A stretch of 64,000 nucleotides of DNA from a virus. Its lineage: Duplodnaviria; Heunggongvirae; Uroviricota; Caudoviricetes. Both the position numbers and the translations under genes were made by a program. Below, one piece after another: positions 1 through 9,114 of the stretch (positions are counted from its first letter, which is position 1; every line of letters begins with the position of its first letter). Where the stretch lies: positions 66,589 to 130,588 of IMG/VR virus record IMGVR_UViG_2974603165_000001, one strand, 5' to 3'. Under the pieces are notes generated by a model, which saw nothing but the letters and a program-made list of their open reading frames with translations, did no database searches and was not told the origin of the DNA.

Positions 1-66
1 TGGAACGATTTCCAGGGTTGCGCCCAGATCGACGATCTGGAAATCATTACTGCGTACTACTGCCAT
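1..66 (-). CDS. hypothetical protein, N-terminal 22 codons only (gene continues past window start)
   Basis: minus-strand ATG at 64-66 with GGAGACACTC RBS just upstream; frame stays open to position 1. Confidence 0.35.
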   Translation of the reverse strand, partial: MAVVRSNDFQIVDLGATLEIVP

Positions 67-84
67 GAGTGTCTCCTTATGGAA

Positions 85-504
85 TTAGATAGATGTTACC
101 GGGATTTCCACGGAACCATCGTAATATTTGTCGGTGATTTTGAGACCACGGTCTTCCAGCGCGGCTTTAGCAGCAGCGTTGATAGCGGTAGTACCATCAG
201 CGAAGAAGATCTTGCCTTGGTTCAGGGTCAGACCACGAACACCAACAACCAGGTTGTAGGTTTGTCCAACAACGAACTCGCGAGGAGCATCGTAAGCCGG
301 ATACAGGTCACGATCCGTGATCACACCGTATGCAGTTGCAGCATCAGCAGCGGCTACCGGAACACCAGAGGCGTTAACGATAATACCAGCCTTGACGGTT
401 GCAGCGTACACAATCGGCATTTCAAGGAAAGAGAAGCCCTGGTCGGAAGAGTCAGTCTTACCAAGAACCAGGTCAGAGTAGTAACCTTGGATAGGGTTTG
501 CCAT
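85..504 (-). CDS. hypothetical protein, possibly virion/head-associated
   Basis: 139-aa ORF co-oriented directly downstream of scaffold-like gene in head module; no recognisable motif. Confidence 0.4.
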   Translation of the reverse strand: MANPIQGYYSDLVLGKTDSSDQGFSFLEMPIVYAATVKAGIIVNASGVPVAAADAATAYGVITDRDLYPAYDAPREFVVGQTYNLVVGVRGLTLNQGKIFFADGTTAINAAAKAALEDRGLKITDKYYDGSVEIPVTSI

Positions 505-524
505 TTTAGAAGTATCTCCTCAGA

Positions 525-1526
525 TTAGTTGGCAGCAGCAGCTTCGCGAGCTTTCGCAAGAGCTTTCTGTACGTTCGCCTGTAGGATGTCGTTGGCGCTC
601 TTGTTCAGATCGTCAGCGGTGGCATTACCATCCAGGCCATGTTCTTTTTCGCCGAATTCTTTCTTCACGTCAGCGACTTCGGTTTCCAGTTCAGCGATCT
701 TAGCCTGAGCTTTTTCCAGCAGTGCAACGATTGGGGCGTTTTCAGCTTTGATGATGAAGTCAGCAACATCAGCGCGACCAGCTTCGTCAACGAATGACAG
801 GCCAGTTGCTTTCGTCAGAGCAGCAGCTTTGGCTACTTCAACGTTCGCTTTGATGATCTCGTCAGCAGCAGCGATTTTCGCGTTTGCAGCTTCGAGTTGC
901 TTCATGAGATCCAGTAGTTCTGGACTCTTCTGCACATCGGTAGTAGTATCGGACACAGAGGTCTCCTTGTTTTCTTTTGGATTTTCAACTGGCACCGGGA
1001 CATCCCCAGTAGCCTTGACGACCCCAGTCTCCTGAGTGTCTTTGGTGTCGAAGGTGACACCGTGTTCAGCAACGCCTTTTTCGAAAGCCTGTTGTAGCTT
1101 GATAAGTTCGTATTGCTTCACAAGATCCAGTTCCTCGCCTGCGTGTGCAGACTTGGCGATAGAGATAGACTCCATCTTAGATTCCAACCATTCCTGATTG
1201 TCATCGTTCCAACGTTGCAGCCATTCATCATCAGGATTCTCGGCAGCAGCGTTTTCGAGTTCAGTTTCGAAGCCCAGAAGTTTGGTCAGGAGTTCAGCAT
1301 CGGATGACCACATGTCGAAGAAGCGACGAAGGAATTCTTCGAAACTCATATCGACTGTAACCTGACGCAGCGCTTTAACCACATCCTTGGTAATCTGGTC
1401 TGGTGCAAGGTCAGACTTCATCAGAAGCGACACAGGACGCAGGTTTGCAGAATAACCTTGACTTTCGTGGCAAAGAGCAATACCCTTGTCCTTAATCGTT
1501 TTGGCCTTGACTACGAGTCCGCTCAT
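525..1526 (-). CDS. putative head scaffolding protein
   Basis: 333 aa, acidic, C-terminal ~130 aa Ala/Glu/Lys-rich predicted coiled coil; positioned between portal-proximal gene and small head gene. Confidence 0.4.
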   Translation of the reverse strand: MSGLVVKAKTIKDKGIALCHESQGYSANLRPVSLLMKSDLAPDQITKDVVKALRQVTVDMSFEEFLRRFFDMWSSDAELLTKLLGFETELENAAAENPDDEWLQRWNDDNQEWLESKMESISIAKSAHAGEELDLVKQYELIKLQQAFEKGVAEHGVTFDTKDTQETGVVKATGDVPVPVENPKENKETSVSDTTTDVQKSPELLDLMKQLEAANAKIAAADEIIKANVEVAKAAALTKATGLSFVDEAGRADVADFIIKAENAPIVALLEKAQAKIAELETEVADVKKEFGEKEHGLDGNATADDLNKSANDILQANVQKALAKAREAAAAN

Positions 1527-2152
1527 TATTCTTCCTCGGCAAGTTCAATCCCGAAGTCGAGTCCGGTGATTTCACCAGTCTCTTCGTCAGTGAAGCCAGA
1601 GCATTGAATGCTGAGACCACCAACGGCATTGGCCTTTTTCAAGAGCCACAGTTCAGGATCATTATATTTGACTTTGGCTACCCAAGTGCCAGCTTTGATA
1701 ATCTGTTCACTTCCGATAACCACGACATCGAATTCTTCTTGAATCCAGGTCTTCTCAATAGTGAAGGCGTCTGTCTCAACGATGTGGAACAGGTTCTCTT
1801 TTACAAGACCCGCAGCACGAGCAGCGTCGAAGTTTTCTTTTCCTTTCACGATTGTGTCTGTAGACATCCACTCACCGTGTGCATCTTTGGTGTCCGGCTC
1901 ATAAATGACTTCGTAAGAAATCATCTGTTCGTCGGCATCCTTGATGACTGACACTGGAGTAGCTTCCTTCTGGATTGCTGTCTTCACCAGACCGATATGG
2001 AGAACATCCTTTGCGGCTTTCTCGATGGCGGAGTCTGGAGACTGGCCTGAATTAATCAGGCCGTTCGCAATTTTCAGTACCTTGCTCTTCTGAACGAGAG
2101 ACAGATCAGATACCGATGCAGGAAGGTCAGCAATACTTTTGTATTTCATCAT
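1526..2152 (-). CDS. putative head morphogenesis protein (prohead protease candidate)
   Basis: 208 aa, acidic C-terminus (ELAEEE), lies immediately downstream of portal; assignment by gene order only. Confidence 0.3.
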   Translation of the reverse strand: MMKYKSIADLPASVSDLSLVQKSKVLKIANGLINSGQSPDSAIEKAAKDVLHIGLVKTAIQKEATPVSVIKDADEQMISYEVIYEPDTKDAHGEWMSTDTIVKGKENFDAARAAGLVKENLFHIVETDAFTIEKTWIQEEFDVVVIGSEQIIKAGTWVAKVKYNDPELWLLKKANAVGGLSIQCSGFTDEETGEITGLDFGIELAEEE

Positions 2153-2217
2153 TTTCCCCGTTGATAGTTATTTTAACACCGTTCATTTTCTTTTGCAAGT
2201 ATTTTCAGCGGCTTGAA

Positions 2218-3747
2218 TTAGTTCTCGGTGTTAGAGACTGAATTATCTCTTGCTGCCGAGTTTTTTCCAGTTCCGTTACCGGAAGTTCCCGCTTCCATAC
2301 CCTCACCCGCGCCTGATTCGTTCTGCCCAAGAATCTCTAAAAGATCCTCTTGAGACATGTTCTCATCAATGACATAATCGAAACCACCGACCTCAAGGAT
2401 CTTGTTGATGACTTCGCGTGTCTTAGGCAGGTAACCTACGGCACCGATACGTTGAACAAACTTAGAGAAGCCTTCCATATCTACTTCCTGAATCAAGCCA
2501 GGTTTCAATTTAGGCATATCTTCGTCGCTCAGACGAATACCGTTCATCGCCAGCAACTGAGGAATCAGATTGCGGTTGATTGCTTCAACGATAATGTCAA
2601 TATCGCGTTGTACGAAATGACCGTGGATGGACTGCTTGGATTCTGACAGGTTGTAAGAACCTTGACCATCGTTACCGAGGTTGATGAAGCCAGCACCAAA
2701 TCTGTCAAGGATTGCCTTCTTGCGTTCCTGAATCAGGTCTTTGGTACTATACTGCTTGCCAGCACCGTCAATCCCTTTGAGGGACATCTTGAACTGCTCT
2801 CCACCCTGGTTGTTGTAATCAGAGGGAAGAATGAAGTATGCTTGCTCACCTGCGTGGGCGTTTGCAGCATCAGCCATCAATCCCTGAACCATCATGGCTT
2901 CTTGGGAGTTAGGGTCGATGTTTGCCTTGTTGAGGATCTGAGAAGGGATCTTCAACTCGATGATACCACCGAGATCTTTGCCTGCACCAATAACCTCAAG
3001 GTTCTCGATAAGGATTTTCTCACGGAATGCACGGTAACATCCTACCAGCGGTGAAACACCTGCCGGGTTTGATTCTGTTCCACCTAACGTCATCATCATC
3101 AGCTTGTTAGCCGGGATGAAGACTTCAACACCACGCTTACTCACACCTGCCACTTCCAGAGAAGATAGCACTGCTTTCAGGTTGCCGTCCAAATCATTGA
3201 AGGCACGAGGTGCTTGCCACAATCCAGTGAAGTCTCGACCACCATTCTCAAATTGGAACGGGTTGGTACGGGACAGGCTGGCCTGTGGGCGGAACGCTAA
3301 ACGGTCGATGACGGTTTTACCCAGGTACTTCGTGTTGGTCTTCTCTGTGCGATAAACCTTTTCGAAAGCGGCGAAGCCATATTCGTTGAAGGTCACAGCA
3401 CTACGAGCAAAGTCACGAAGGCTCTGGTTGGTCATGTTCTTCAAGGCGTATTCAATGAGATCCGCTGCATCCTTGGATGCCGGGTTGTCTCGGTTGAACA
3501 ACATCTTGAAATCATTGAATGCTTTCGTAACGAAAACGTACTTGGTATCCAGAGCGGTTGAAACGGTGTGATCCTGTTTCATCGCCTCCACTGTGCCAAT
3601 GAAGAAAGGCCAGCGCAGTTCTTGCACCATCATACGCTCGGAGTCTGCACGGATCTGCGACAGTGCGCCTGACCCGAGTTCTCCCATGCGGACACGGCTG
3701 ACTGTCAGAGACTCGTTACCAGCCTTCTGTACAGCTTGCTTTGCCAT
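2218..3747 (-). CDS. putative portal protein
   Basis: ~510 aa ORF immediately downstream of large terminase, Gly/Asn-rich acidic C-terminal tail; ATG at 3747 with AAAGAAAGG RBS (ORF track start 3780 is GTG). Confidence 0.5.
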   Translation of the reverse strand: MAKQAVQKAGNESLTVSRVRMGELGSGALSQIRADSERMMVQELRWPFFIGTVEAMKQDHTVSTALDTKYVFVTKAFNDFKMLFNRDNPASKDAADLIEYALKNMTNQSLRDFARSAVTFNEYGFAAFEKVYRTEKTNTKYLGKTVIDRLAFRPQASLSRTNPFQFENGGRDFTGLWQAPRAFNDLDGNLKAVLSSLEVAGVSKRGVEVFIPANKLMMMTLGGTESNPAGVSPLVGCYRAFREKILIENLEVIGAGKDLGGIIELKIPSQILNKANIDPNSQEAMMVQGLMADAANAHAGEQAYFILPSDYNNQGGEQFKMSLKGIDGAGKQYSTKDLIQERKKAILDRFGAGFINLGNDGQGSYNLSESKQSIHGHFVQRDIDIIVEAINRNLIPQLLAMNGIRLSDEDMPKLKPGLIQEVDMEGFSKFVQRIGAVGYLPKTREVINKILEVGGFDYVIDENMSQEDLLEILGQNESGAGEGMEAGTSGNGTGKNSAARDNSVSNTEN

Positions 3748-3795
3748 GACCTTTCTTTTTCTTGAGCTTCTTCTTGACACGACTCATCCCCTCTG

Positions 3796-5241
3796 TTATC
3801 GTCTCTTGTACAAGGTTGGAGCGATGATCCTTGGCATGACAATGGCTCTGACGATCTCTGTCTTCTCCAGGTAGTTTACACCGGAGGACAAGGCGTCAAC
3901 CCAGTCATCCTTACGAGTCGTTGTTGAACGCTCACCGTTAAAGGACTCAAGTTCCTTCATCAGTGCTTCGTAAGTTTTAAGGTCAAAGCTGTTCTTGACG
4001 ATATACACAAAACCTTGCTGGGCAAGCTGGGCAAAAGGAGAGAAGCGAGTTACCTTCGACTTGTTTCCTGGTGTTGGGTCTTTCTCCACAACGTAGCCAT
4101 CAGCAAGCAGCGCTCTTGAGGATGTGACGAACTCACTGATACCAGCCTGACCGGGGTCAACTGAGAAGATGATTGTTACGTCGTCTCCATCTGCTGCGGC
4201 TTGTTTGCGGATAATCAGATCACGTTCACCAGCTTTCTTACAGAAGCGGCCTTGCGTTTGCGTGGAGTAGAGACCATCGTCTACGAACTCCGGGCAGTAA
4301 TCGCCTGATAAATAAAAGAAACCGTTCTCGTCCTTGCTGACTTTGATTCCAGCCGTGAAGTCGGGTGTCTTGTTGCCAGAGGTACGTTCAGTACCTGCCT
4401 TATCGTAAGCACGAACAGATTTAGCTCCTAACGGAACCACGTCGGCTTCTTTCAGATATGTACGCAGGAAGTAGTTGGCACCTTCTGGACGGGCATTCCA
4501 GTTTCCATAAAGTAGCTGGGCTTTCTCAACCTCTGGCAGACCTTTAAGGAACGCCAGGTATTCACGGTTGTTTTCCAGCATTGGTGGGTTGTCATAGATG
4601 TTAGCAGAAATGAATGAAAAGGTCAAAGCGTCTTCCGCTTCTTCTCCATAAATTTCATACAATTCTTCCTGACTCTCACCCCACATGAACTCTCCATCCT
4701 TACGCAGGAACCAACGGATGATCCCGTCACGTTCTGGCATAGGGTAGCCCTCGTCATCCAAGTACCAATCAATCAGTTCTTTGATCTTGTGGTCAGGATC
4801 GGGGTTACAAGAAATTACCATGCGGCTTGGGTATTTTGATTCAGAACGGAGACGAGAGATCAGGTAGTCGATCTGCTCCCACTCGAACTGGCATCCTTCG
4901 TCAAAGCCTACGAATGTGTACTGTAGACCCTGGTGGTTAAGTTTGTCCTTCACATATTCCATGTGCGACCACTTTACCTTGGAACCGTTCGGGAAGATAG
5001 CTTCCAGTTCTTTTTCGCGGAAGCGTGGCTTCCACTCTTTCGGTAATTCGTTATAAATACCACGGGCTGTATCAAACAGACCGCCTTGACCTTTCAACTG
5101 CGGGGTTGTTCTACGGAACATGATGCAGTTTGTTTTAGGGTCGTCAATCAGCTTCAATGGCATTAGCTGTAAGAGGTAGGATTTACCGGAGCCTGCTGCT
5201 CCACCGATGATAAGGATCTGAGCGTTGTTCTCCAGGATCAT
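3796..5241 (-). CDS. terminase large subunit
   Basis: Walker A IIGGAAGSGKSY near N-terminus, ATPase plus C-terminal nuclease-like layout. Start set at ATG 5241 because the TTG-extended ORF to 5376 would run through a terminator hairpin. Confidence 0.8.
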   Translation of the reverse strand: MILENNAQILIIGGAAGSGKSYLLQLMPLKLIDDPKTNCIMFRRTTPQLKGQGGLFDTARGIYNELPKEWKPRFREKELEAIFPNGSKVKWSHMEYVKDKLNHQGLQYTFVGFDEGCQFEWEQIDYLISRLRSESKYPSRMVISCNPDPDHKIKELIDWYLDDEGYPMPERDGIIRWFLRKDGEFMWGESQEELYEIYGEEAEDALTFSFISANIYDNPPMLENNREYLAFLKGLPEVEKAQLLYGNWNARPEGANYFLRTYLKEADVVPLGAKSVRAYDKAGTERTSGNKTPDFTAGIKVSKDENGFFYLSGDYCPEFVDDGLYSTQTQGRFCKKAGERDLIIRKQAAADGDDVTIIFSVDPGQAGISEFVTSSRALLADGYVVEKDPTPGNKSKVTRFSPFAQLAQQGFVYIVKNSFDLKTYEALMKELESFNGERSTTTRKDDWVDALSSGVNYLEKTEIVRAIVMPRIIAPTLYKRR

Positions 5242-5332
5242 CTTCTGCTTCTCACTGGCTGGCCCAAATGTCTTACTCAAGGAACCTCCGTGATGGGAAT
5301 AATCTCTGTATATGAGGATTTTACCACGAAAG

Positions 5333-5370
5333 ACGATAAAAATAAAGCCCTTAACGCAAGCTAAGGGCTT
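5333..5370 (-). terminator. rho-independent terminator after spanin genes
   Basis: hairpin AAGCCCTTA-(8 nt)-TAAGGGCTT followed on minus strand by T-rich tract. Confidence 0.55.
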
Positions 5371-5376
5371 TGTCAA

Positions 5377-5661
5377 TCATTTTTCGTCTTTAAAGATGTT
5401 CCTGATGTATGCCTGGAGGATACGTAAGGACTGACGATCATGAAGTGCATTTAAGTTGTTCTGACGCATGATCTGGGTATTGCCTGAGCGGACATCTCCC
5501 TTGATCAACGGAGTTGGCTCTACAGGCTCCTTCATAGCGTCTGCCGGGGGCTTGGCTAAGATGTTGGTAGCTTTGGGTGCCTCAACCACTGGGACGACTA
5601 TAGGCTTTGTGGCGCAGCCTACTAAAGTCAGTGCCAGGAGCATTGCGATTATCGTTTTCAT
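5377..5661 (-). CDS. o-spanin (Rz1-like outer-membrane lipoprotein)
   Basis: signal peptide with lipobox LTLVGC, Pro-rich 94-aa protein, overlaps 4 nt with upstream Rz-like gene. Confidence 0.7.
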   Translation of the reverse strand: MKTIIAMLLALTLVGCATKPIVVPVVEAPKATNILAKPPADAMKEPVEPTPLIKGDVRSGNTQIMRQNNLNALHDRQSLRILQAYIRNIFKDEK

Positions 5662-6062
5662 TTACCGATCCCCAAACTCTGGTTGTAGATATCGACAGCA
5701 GCGTCATCCAAACCTGTCTTCTTGCCATCCTCTGACTGAGCGTAAGTGTTCTGCTTGTTGTCGTTGTCAGCCTTCAAGGAATCGTTCTCGGCTCTCGCTG
5801 CTGCAAGGTCGGCATTCAATCCGTCCACCAACGCTTGCTGCTCCGCTTTGAACTTATCCTGAGCGTCTTTGTTCTGCTTCATGACACCTTCCCATTTGGT
5901 ATCGGTAACCTGCACACCTGTGTTGTACTGTGCAGTCAACTGATCCTCGTACCAACTGTGAACCCACAACGCCCCGATTACCAGGGCGATTGCTAAGATT
6001 CCTGCTGCGAAGACCTTTTTGTACCTTTTCACCAAAGCGATCAGGTCGGTCAACGATATCAT
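5658..6062 (-). CDS. i-spanin (Rz-like)
   Basis: N-terminal TM helix followed by periplasmic coiled-coil region; immediately upstream of lipoprotein gene (separated spanin architecture). Confidence 0.7.
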   Translation of the reverse strand: MISLTDLIALVKRYKKVFAAGILAIALVIGALWVHSWYEDQLTAQYNTGVQVTDTKWEGVMKQNKDAQDKFKAEQQALVDGLNADLAAARAENDSLKADNDNKQNTYAQSEDGKKTGLDDAAVDIYNQSLGIGK

Positions 6063-7516
6063 GTGAAATCCCCGTTACTTGAAATGTATTTTTTGATGAC
6101 CGCTGACGGTGTTGTACGCTTAACATGTTTGTTGTTAACGTCCATATTCACCGATCCACGGTCGTGGGTATGCTGATGCAGGTTCTTCACTTCCAGGATG
6201 TCCACCTGTAAGAGGACTGCTCCGCCCTTGCTCTCAAGATGATCGTAAGCGGCTTTTGCGTCCTTCTCTTCGAAGTAGAGTTCCACGTTCTGATGGAAGT
6301 GTTCATTCACATCTGTCATGCCGACATGAACCTTCTGCTCACGCTTTTCAGGCTCCAGCAAGTAGAAGCTCTTGCTCTTACAGACACCCCACATTTTGCT
6401 GTAGTGAGGACGGCCTGTGTGATAACGAAGGTTATTCAGCACTGTGAAATGACCTTTCGGAACCAGAGATATAGAGTTGATCTTGCTGCGATCACCCTTC
6501 TCACGATCTGTGGCGACATGAGAGATGATTGCATCACCAGCGCTATCCAGTTTATCAAATAACAGGTCAAATGAGAATGGGCGCTGCTCATTGAATAATG
6601 TTTCAACGTTTGTCCCATACATCCCGCTCAGATGCTTCTTGGCATCATCCCAGCTTTCAATGGAGAGTTTTGAGGTTGAGAGTCCCAACTTCATTGTCTC
6701 GCGACGAGAGATGGTGTATCCACGAGCCTGGTACTTGGAGGCACGGAGAAGGCTGATGATTGGGTAGTCTGTATCGGGGTTCACCACCAACACCTTCTGA
6801 GCGATATGCTTCATGAAGTTCACATCGAAGTGCCAATCCTCAGTTTGGAAGCAGAACGCACCCATGTTTATCGTGAAGTCAAACTTCTTGAATATATCCA
6901 CAGGTTCAGGGAACACATCAAAACCAATCAGTTGCATCACCGGGCCAGACCTATTGGAGTACATCACACTTTTGTCCGTCATACCCAACACTTTGACGTA
7001 GGAAGATTCCATCTCCTCATCTTCGTTGTAAGGTTGCAGGGTTTTCATTGAAGCGAGGCGTGTACGTAACTCGCCCATGAAGACAGGATCTTGCGACAAC
7101 TCCTGTAGTTTCTCAACGGTAAGTTTTCCACCAACAGGTTCAAAGCCCTGACGTTCCAGTGTCGTCGAGAGGGAAATCTTGACCGGATGATCAGCCAACT
7201 CGACACCATCCATTTCCTTGAATCGACGGTAGGTTCGCTTGTATTTGTTCCAACCATTGGTGTGAACTGACAGGTCGTGATCACCGGAGCGGAGGTCATT
7301 ATCGTGTAGATAGGTGATGAAGATCTCCATGTCATCCCAGGTGCGGAAGTAAATGTCCAAGTCGTTTACTTCTCGGTTAGAGAATAGAGATGTGAGGGTG
7401 CCGCCAGCAACCATCGCGTCTAAGCGTTGCAGCAGGTCGTAAATGTCATCGTTGAAGAAGCTACGTAGGATATTGGCTTCTCGTTTGAAGTCATCTTTGG
7501 GATATGTATGGATCAT
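6059..7516 (-). CDS. nucleotidyltransferase-fold protein (Pol beta superfamily), function unknown
   Basis: N-terminal motif AGGTLTSLFSNREVNDLDIYF matches the hG[GS]x(9-13)DhD minimal NTase signature; 485 aa with His-rich C-terminal region. Confidence 0.5.
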   Translation of the reverse strand: MIHTYPKDDFKREANILRSFFNDDIYDLLQRLDAMVAGGTLTSLFSNREVNDLDIYFRTWDDMEIFITYLHDNDLRSGDHDLSVHTNGWNKYKRTYRRFKEMDGVELADHPVKISLSTTLERQGFEPVGGKLTVEKLQELSQDPVFMGELRTRLASMKTLQPYNEDEEMESSYVKVLGMTDKSVMYSNRSGPVMQLIGFDVFPEPVDIFKKFDFTINMGAFCFQTEDWHFDVNFMKHIAQKVLVVNPDTDYPIISLLRASKYQARGYTISRRETMKLGLSTSKLSIESWDDAKKHLSGMYGTNVETLFNEQRPFSFDLLFDKLDSAGDAIISHVATDREKGDRSKINSISLVPKGHFTVLNNLRYHTGRPHYSKMWGVCKSKSFYLLEPEKREQKVHVGMTDVNEHFHQNVELYFEEKDAKAAYDHLESKGGAVLLQVDILEVKNLHQHTHDRGSVNMDVNNKHVKRTTPSAVIKKYISSNGDFT

Positions 7517-7560
7517 TCTGGTCTCCTTTATTGAGTGAATTCACAGGATACCAGAAAAAG

Positions 7561-7582
7561 AAAAGCCCCGCAATAGCGGGGC
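7561..7582 (-). terminator. rho-independent terminator at the downstream end of the tRNA island
   Basis: GCCCCGC-tat-GCGGGGC hairpin followed by TTTT on minus strand. Confidence 0.6.
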
Positions 7583-7625
7583 GAGGCAAAGGAGAGGAGA
7601 TATTTGAATTGTTATTATTAGAATT

Positions 7626-7707
7626 TGGACGCGTGAGTGGGAGTCGAACCCACAATCTTCGGCTTATGAGGCCAACATGATCTATATATCCGTTTCACTA
7701 TCACGCA
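7626..7707 (-). tRNA. tRNA-Met/Ile2 (anticodon CAT), long D region
   Basis: minus-strand cloverleaf; T-arm GTGGG-TTCGACT-CCCAC, anticodon loop CTCATAA, U1-G72, encoded CCA; ~82 nt with extended D-loop. Confidence 0.6.
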
Positions 7708-7809
7708 ATTATTTGGTTCTCTGCTGTTAACCACTTCACACACACGACCTCGCTACCCGAAGGCTTTGCCGTCCTGACAGGAGTTGAACCTGCATACCAG
7801 AGAATTTTA

Positions 7810-7885
7810 TGGTGGGGGCGACAGGATTCGAACCTGTGACCATCTGTTCTTCAAACAGGCACTCTACCAACTGAGTTACACCCCC
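7810..7885 (-). tRNA. tRNA-Phe (GAA)
   Basis: GGGGGTGTAACTCAGTTGGTAGAGTGCCTGTTTGAAGAACAGATGGTCACAGGTTCGAATCCTGTCGCCCCCACCA on minus strand. Confidence 0.9.
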
Positions 7886-7982
7886 AAACAGTCAGAAACT
7901 CGCGTTACTCCAGTATCGGAATCCACATTGAGTACGCCTACTCAACCCTACTCACATTCAACCAGAGTCTGACTATTTTTTA

Positions 7983-8068
7983 TGGTGGGCAAGGAGAGAC
8001 TCGAACTCTCACACCGCAAGGGCGCTGGAACCTAAATCCAGTGCGTCTACCAATTCCGCCACTTGCCC
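7983..8068 (-). tRNA. tRNA-Leu (TAG), type II
   Basis: anticodon loop TTTAGGT, long variable arm, T-arm GAGAG-TTCGAGT-CTCTC, encoded CCA. Confidence 0.85.
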
Positions 8069-8220
8069 GAAATAATGCCTGCTTTGCGAACCCTCTCAAC
8101 CTGGCGGATCAGATAGGTGCAGGACTTTAAACGCTGAGGTCACGAAGAAATCTCAGCCTTCATTTGGCGGGTCAGGCTGGGAACAACAGAGCAGCCTTGT
8201 ATCCTTGATTGACCCTTTTC

Positions 8221-8296
8221 TGGCGCAGGTACAAGGATTCGAACCCTGATTCTCAGCTTCGTAAGCTGATGCTCTATCCAATTGAACTATACCCGC
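8221..8296 (-). tRNA. tRNA-Arg (ACG)
   Basis: 76-nt cloverleaf, anticodon loop TTACGAA, T-arm CAGGG-TTCGAAT-CCTTG, CCA. Confidence 0.85.
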
Positions 8297-8302
8297 ATTT
8301 TA

Positions 8303-8378
8303 TGGTGGAGAATAAGAGATTCGAACTCTTGACCTTCTACGTGCAAGGCAGACGCTCTACCAACTGAGCTAATTCCCC
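8303..8378 (-). tRNA. tRNA-Ala (TGC)
   Basis: G3-U70 identity pair, anticodon loop CTTGCAC, T-arm AAGAG-TTCGAAT-CTCTT, CCA. Confidence 0.9.
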
Positions 8379-8386
8379 TAAAAATT

Positions 8387-8509
8387 TGCCACCGTGGAAA
8401 CCGGAAATCCACGCCATATCGACTCGAAGTAAGAATCCTTGACTTCGGCATCGTCTGATGCTGCCTGGGCACTACCCAGTCGGACAGTCACAAAATCGTG
8501 ACGATGGCA
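8387..8509 (-). ncRNA. candidate structured RNA (non-tRNA) between tRNA-Ala and tRNA-Ile
   Basis: 123 nt whose termini form a 9-bp closing stem (TGCCATCGT / ACGGTGGCA) with internal hairpins CTGGG-TAGTG-CCCAG, CGAAGT-(11 nt)-ACTTCG, CGTGGA-(9 nt)-TCCACG; no tRNA T-loop. Confidence 0.3.
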
Positions 8510-8514
8510 TTAAT

Positions 8515-8590
8515 TGGTTGGGGTAGCTGGACTCGAACCAGCGACCTGACCCTTATCAAGAGCCTGCTCTACCAACTGAGCTATACCCCA
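8515..8590 (-). tRNA. tRNA-Ile (GAT)
   Basis: anticodon loop TTGATAA, T-arm GCTGG-TTCGAGT-CCAGC, CCA. Confidence 0.85.
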
Positions 8591-8596
8591 ATTATT

Positions 8597-8673
8597 TGGT
8601 CTCCATGTGAGGACTCGAACCTCAAACCTCCTGATCCCAAATCAGGCGCTCTGCACTATTGAGCTACACGGAG
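8597..8673 (-). tRNA. tRNA-Pro (TGG)
   Basis: anticodon stem CCTGA/TCAGG, loop TTTGGGA, T-arm TGAGG-TTCGAGT-CCTCA, CCA. Confidence 0.85.
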
Positions 8674-8795
8674 ATTGGAGTAAGTTTTAATTATCCCAGA
8701 TCTCACAACTGGTATCGCTGGCTTGCTAATTTTGATTTGATACGCCGAACTCATTTTGAGTGCCTTTCGGGCAATTTACATCAGCATATCAAATT

Positions 8796-8871
8796 TGGCG
8801 AGGATGAAGGGGTTCGAACCCTCATATTCCGCATAGACAGTGCGGTACAATTACCAAATCTGCCACATCCC
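8796..8871 (-). tRNA. tRNA-Asp (GTC)
   Basis: anticodon stem CCGCA/TGCGG loop CTGTCTA, T-arm GAGGG-TTCGAAC-CCTTC, CCA. Confidence 0.85.
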
Positions 8872-8879
8872 CAGTTGTT

Positions 8880-8965
8880 TGGCGACGAGGGTGGGACTCG
8901 AACCCACATAGAGCTTTCGCTCACGGATTAACAGTCCGCCGTTCTACCGGATGAACCACCTCGTC
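8880..8965 (-). tRNA. tRNA-Asn (GTT), atypical 86 nt with 15-nt variable arm
   Basis: normal acceptor, D-arm and anticodon arm (loop CTGTTAA) but variable region GAGCGAAAGCTCTAT forms a GAGC/GCTC stem capped by a GAAA tetraloop before T-arm GTGGG-TTCGAGT-CCCAC. Confidence 0.65.
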
Positions 8966-9027
8966 ATTTATTTACTTTATCAGTGAAATCAATCTTGTGC
9001 AAGCATTTTATTCACTAATTTTCAAAT

Positions 9028-9114
9028 TGGTGGGTCTGGAGGGATTCGAACCCCCGTCAATCTCGTTAAAAGCGAGGTGCCTATCGACTTGCGTCTCCGC
9101 TCGGCTACAAACCC
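9028..9114 (-). tRNA. tRNA-Lys (TTT) candidate, atypical 87 nt with insertion in D-loop
   Basis: acceptor GGGTTTG/CAGACCC, Ser-like D motif GCCGAGCGG. D-loop carries an extra hairpin GAC-GCAA-GTC (GNRA loop). Anticodon arm CTCG-CTTTTAA-CGAG, short variable loop, T-arm GGGGG-TTCGAAT-CCCTC, CCA. Confidence 0.5.

Noticed and set aside
5242-5376. N-terminal extension of terminase large subunit from TTG at 5376
   Set aside because: The extension would be translated through a strong terminator hairpin (5345-5370) that follows the spanin genes; ATG at 5241 with Walker A 20 codons downstream is the better start.
7741-7786. T-arm-like motif GCAGG-TTCAACT-CCTGT with partial acceptor strand upstream of tRNA-Phe
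   Set aside because: No matching 5' acceptor strand, D-arm or anticodon arm can be placed; likely a tRNA remnant.
8094-8176. Short direct repeat TGGCGG(A/G)TCAG about 72 nt apart in the Leu-Arg tRNA spacer
   Set aside because: Only 11 nt with one mismatch; could be chance. No further copies found.
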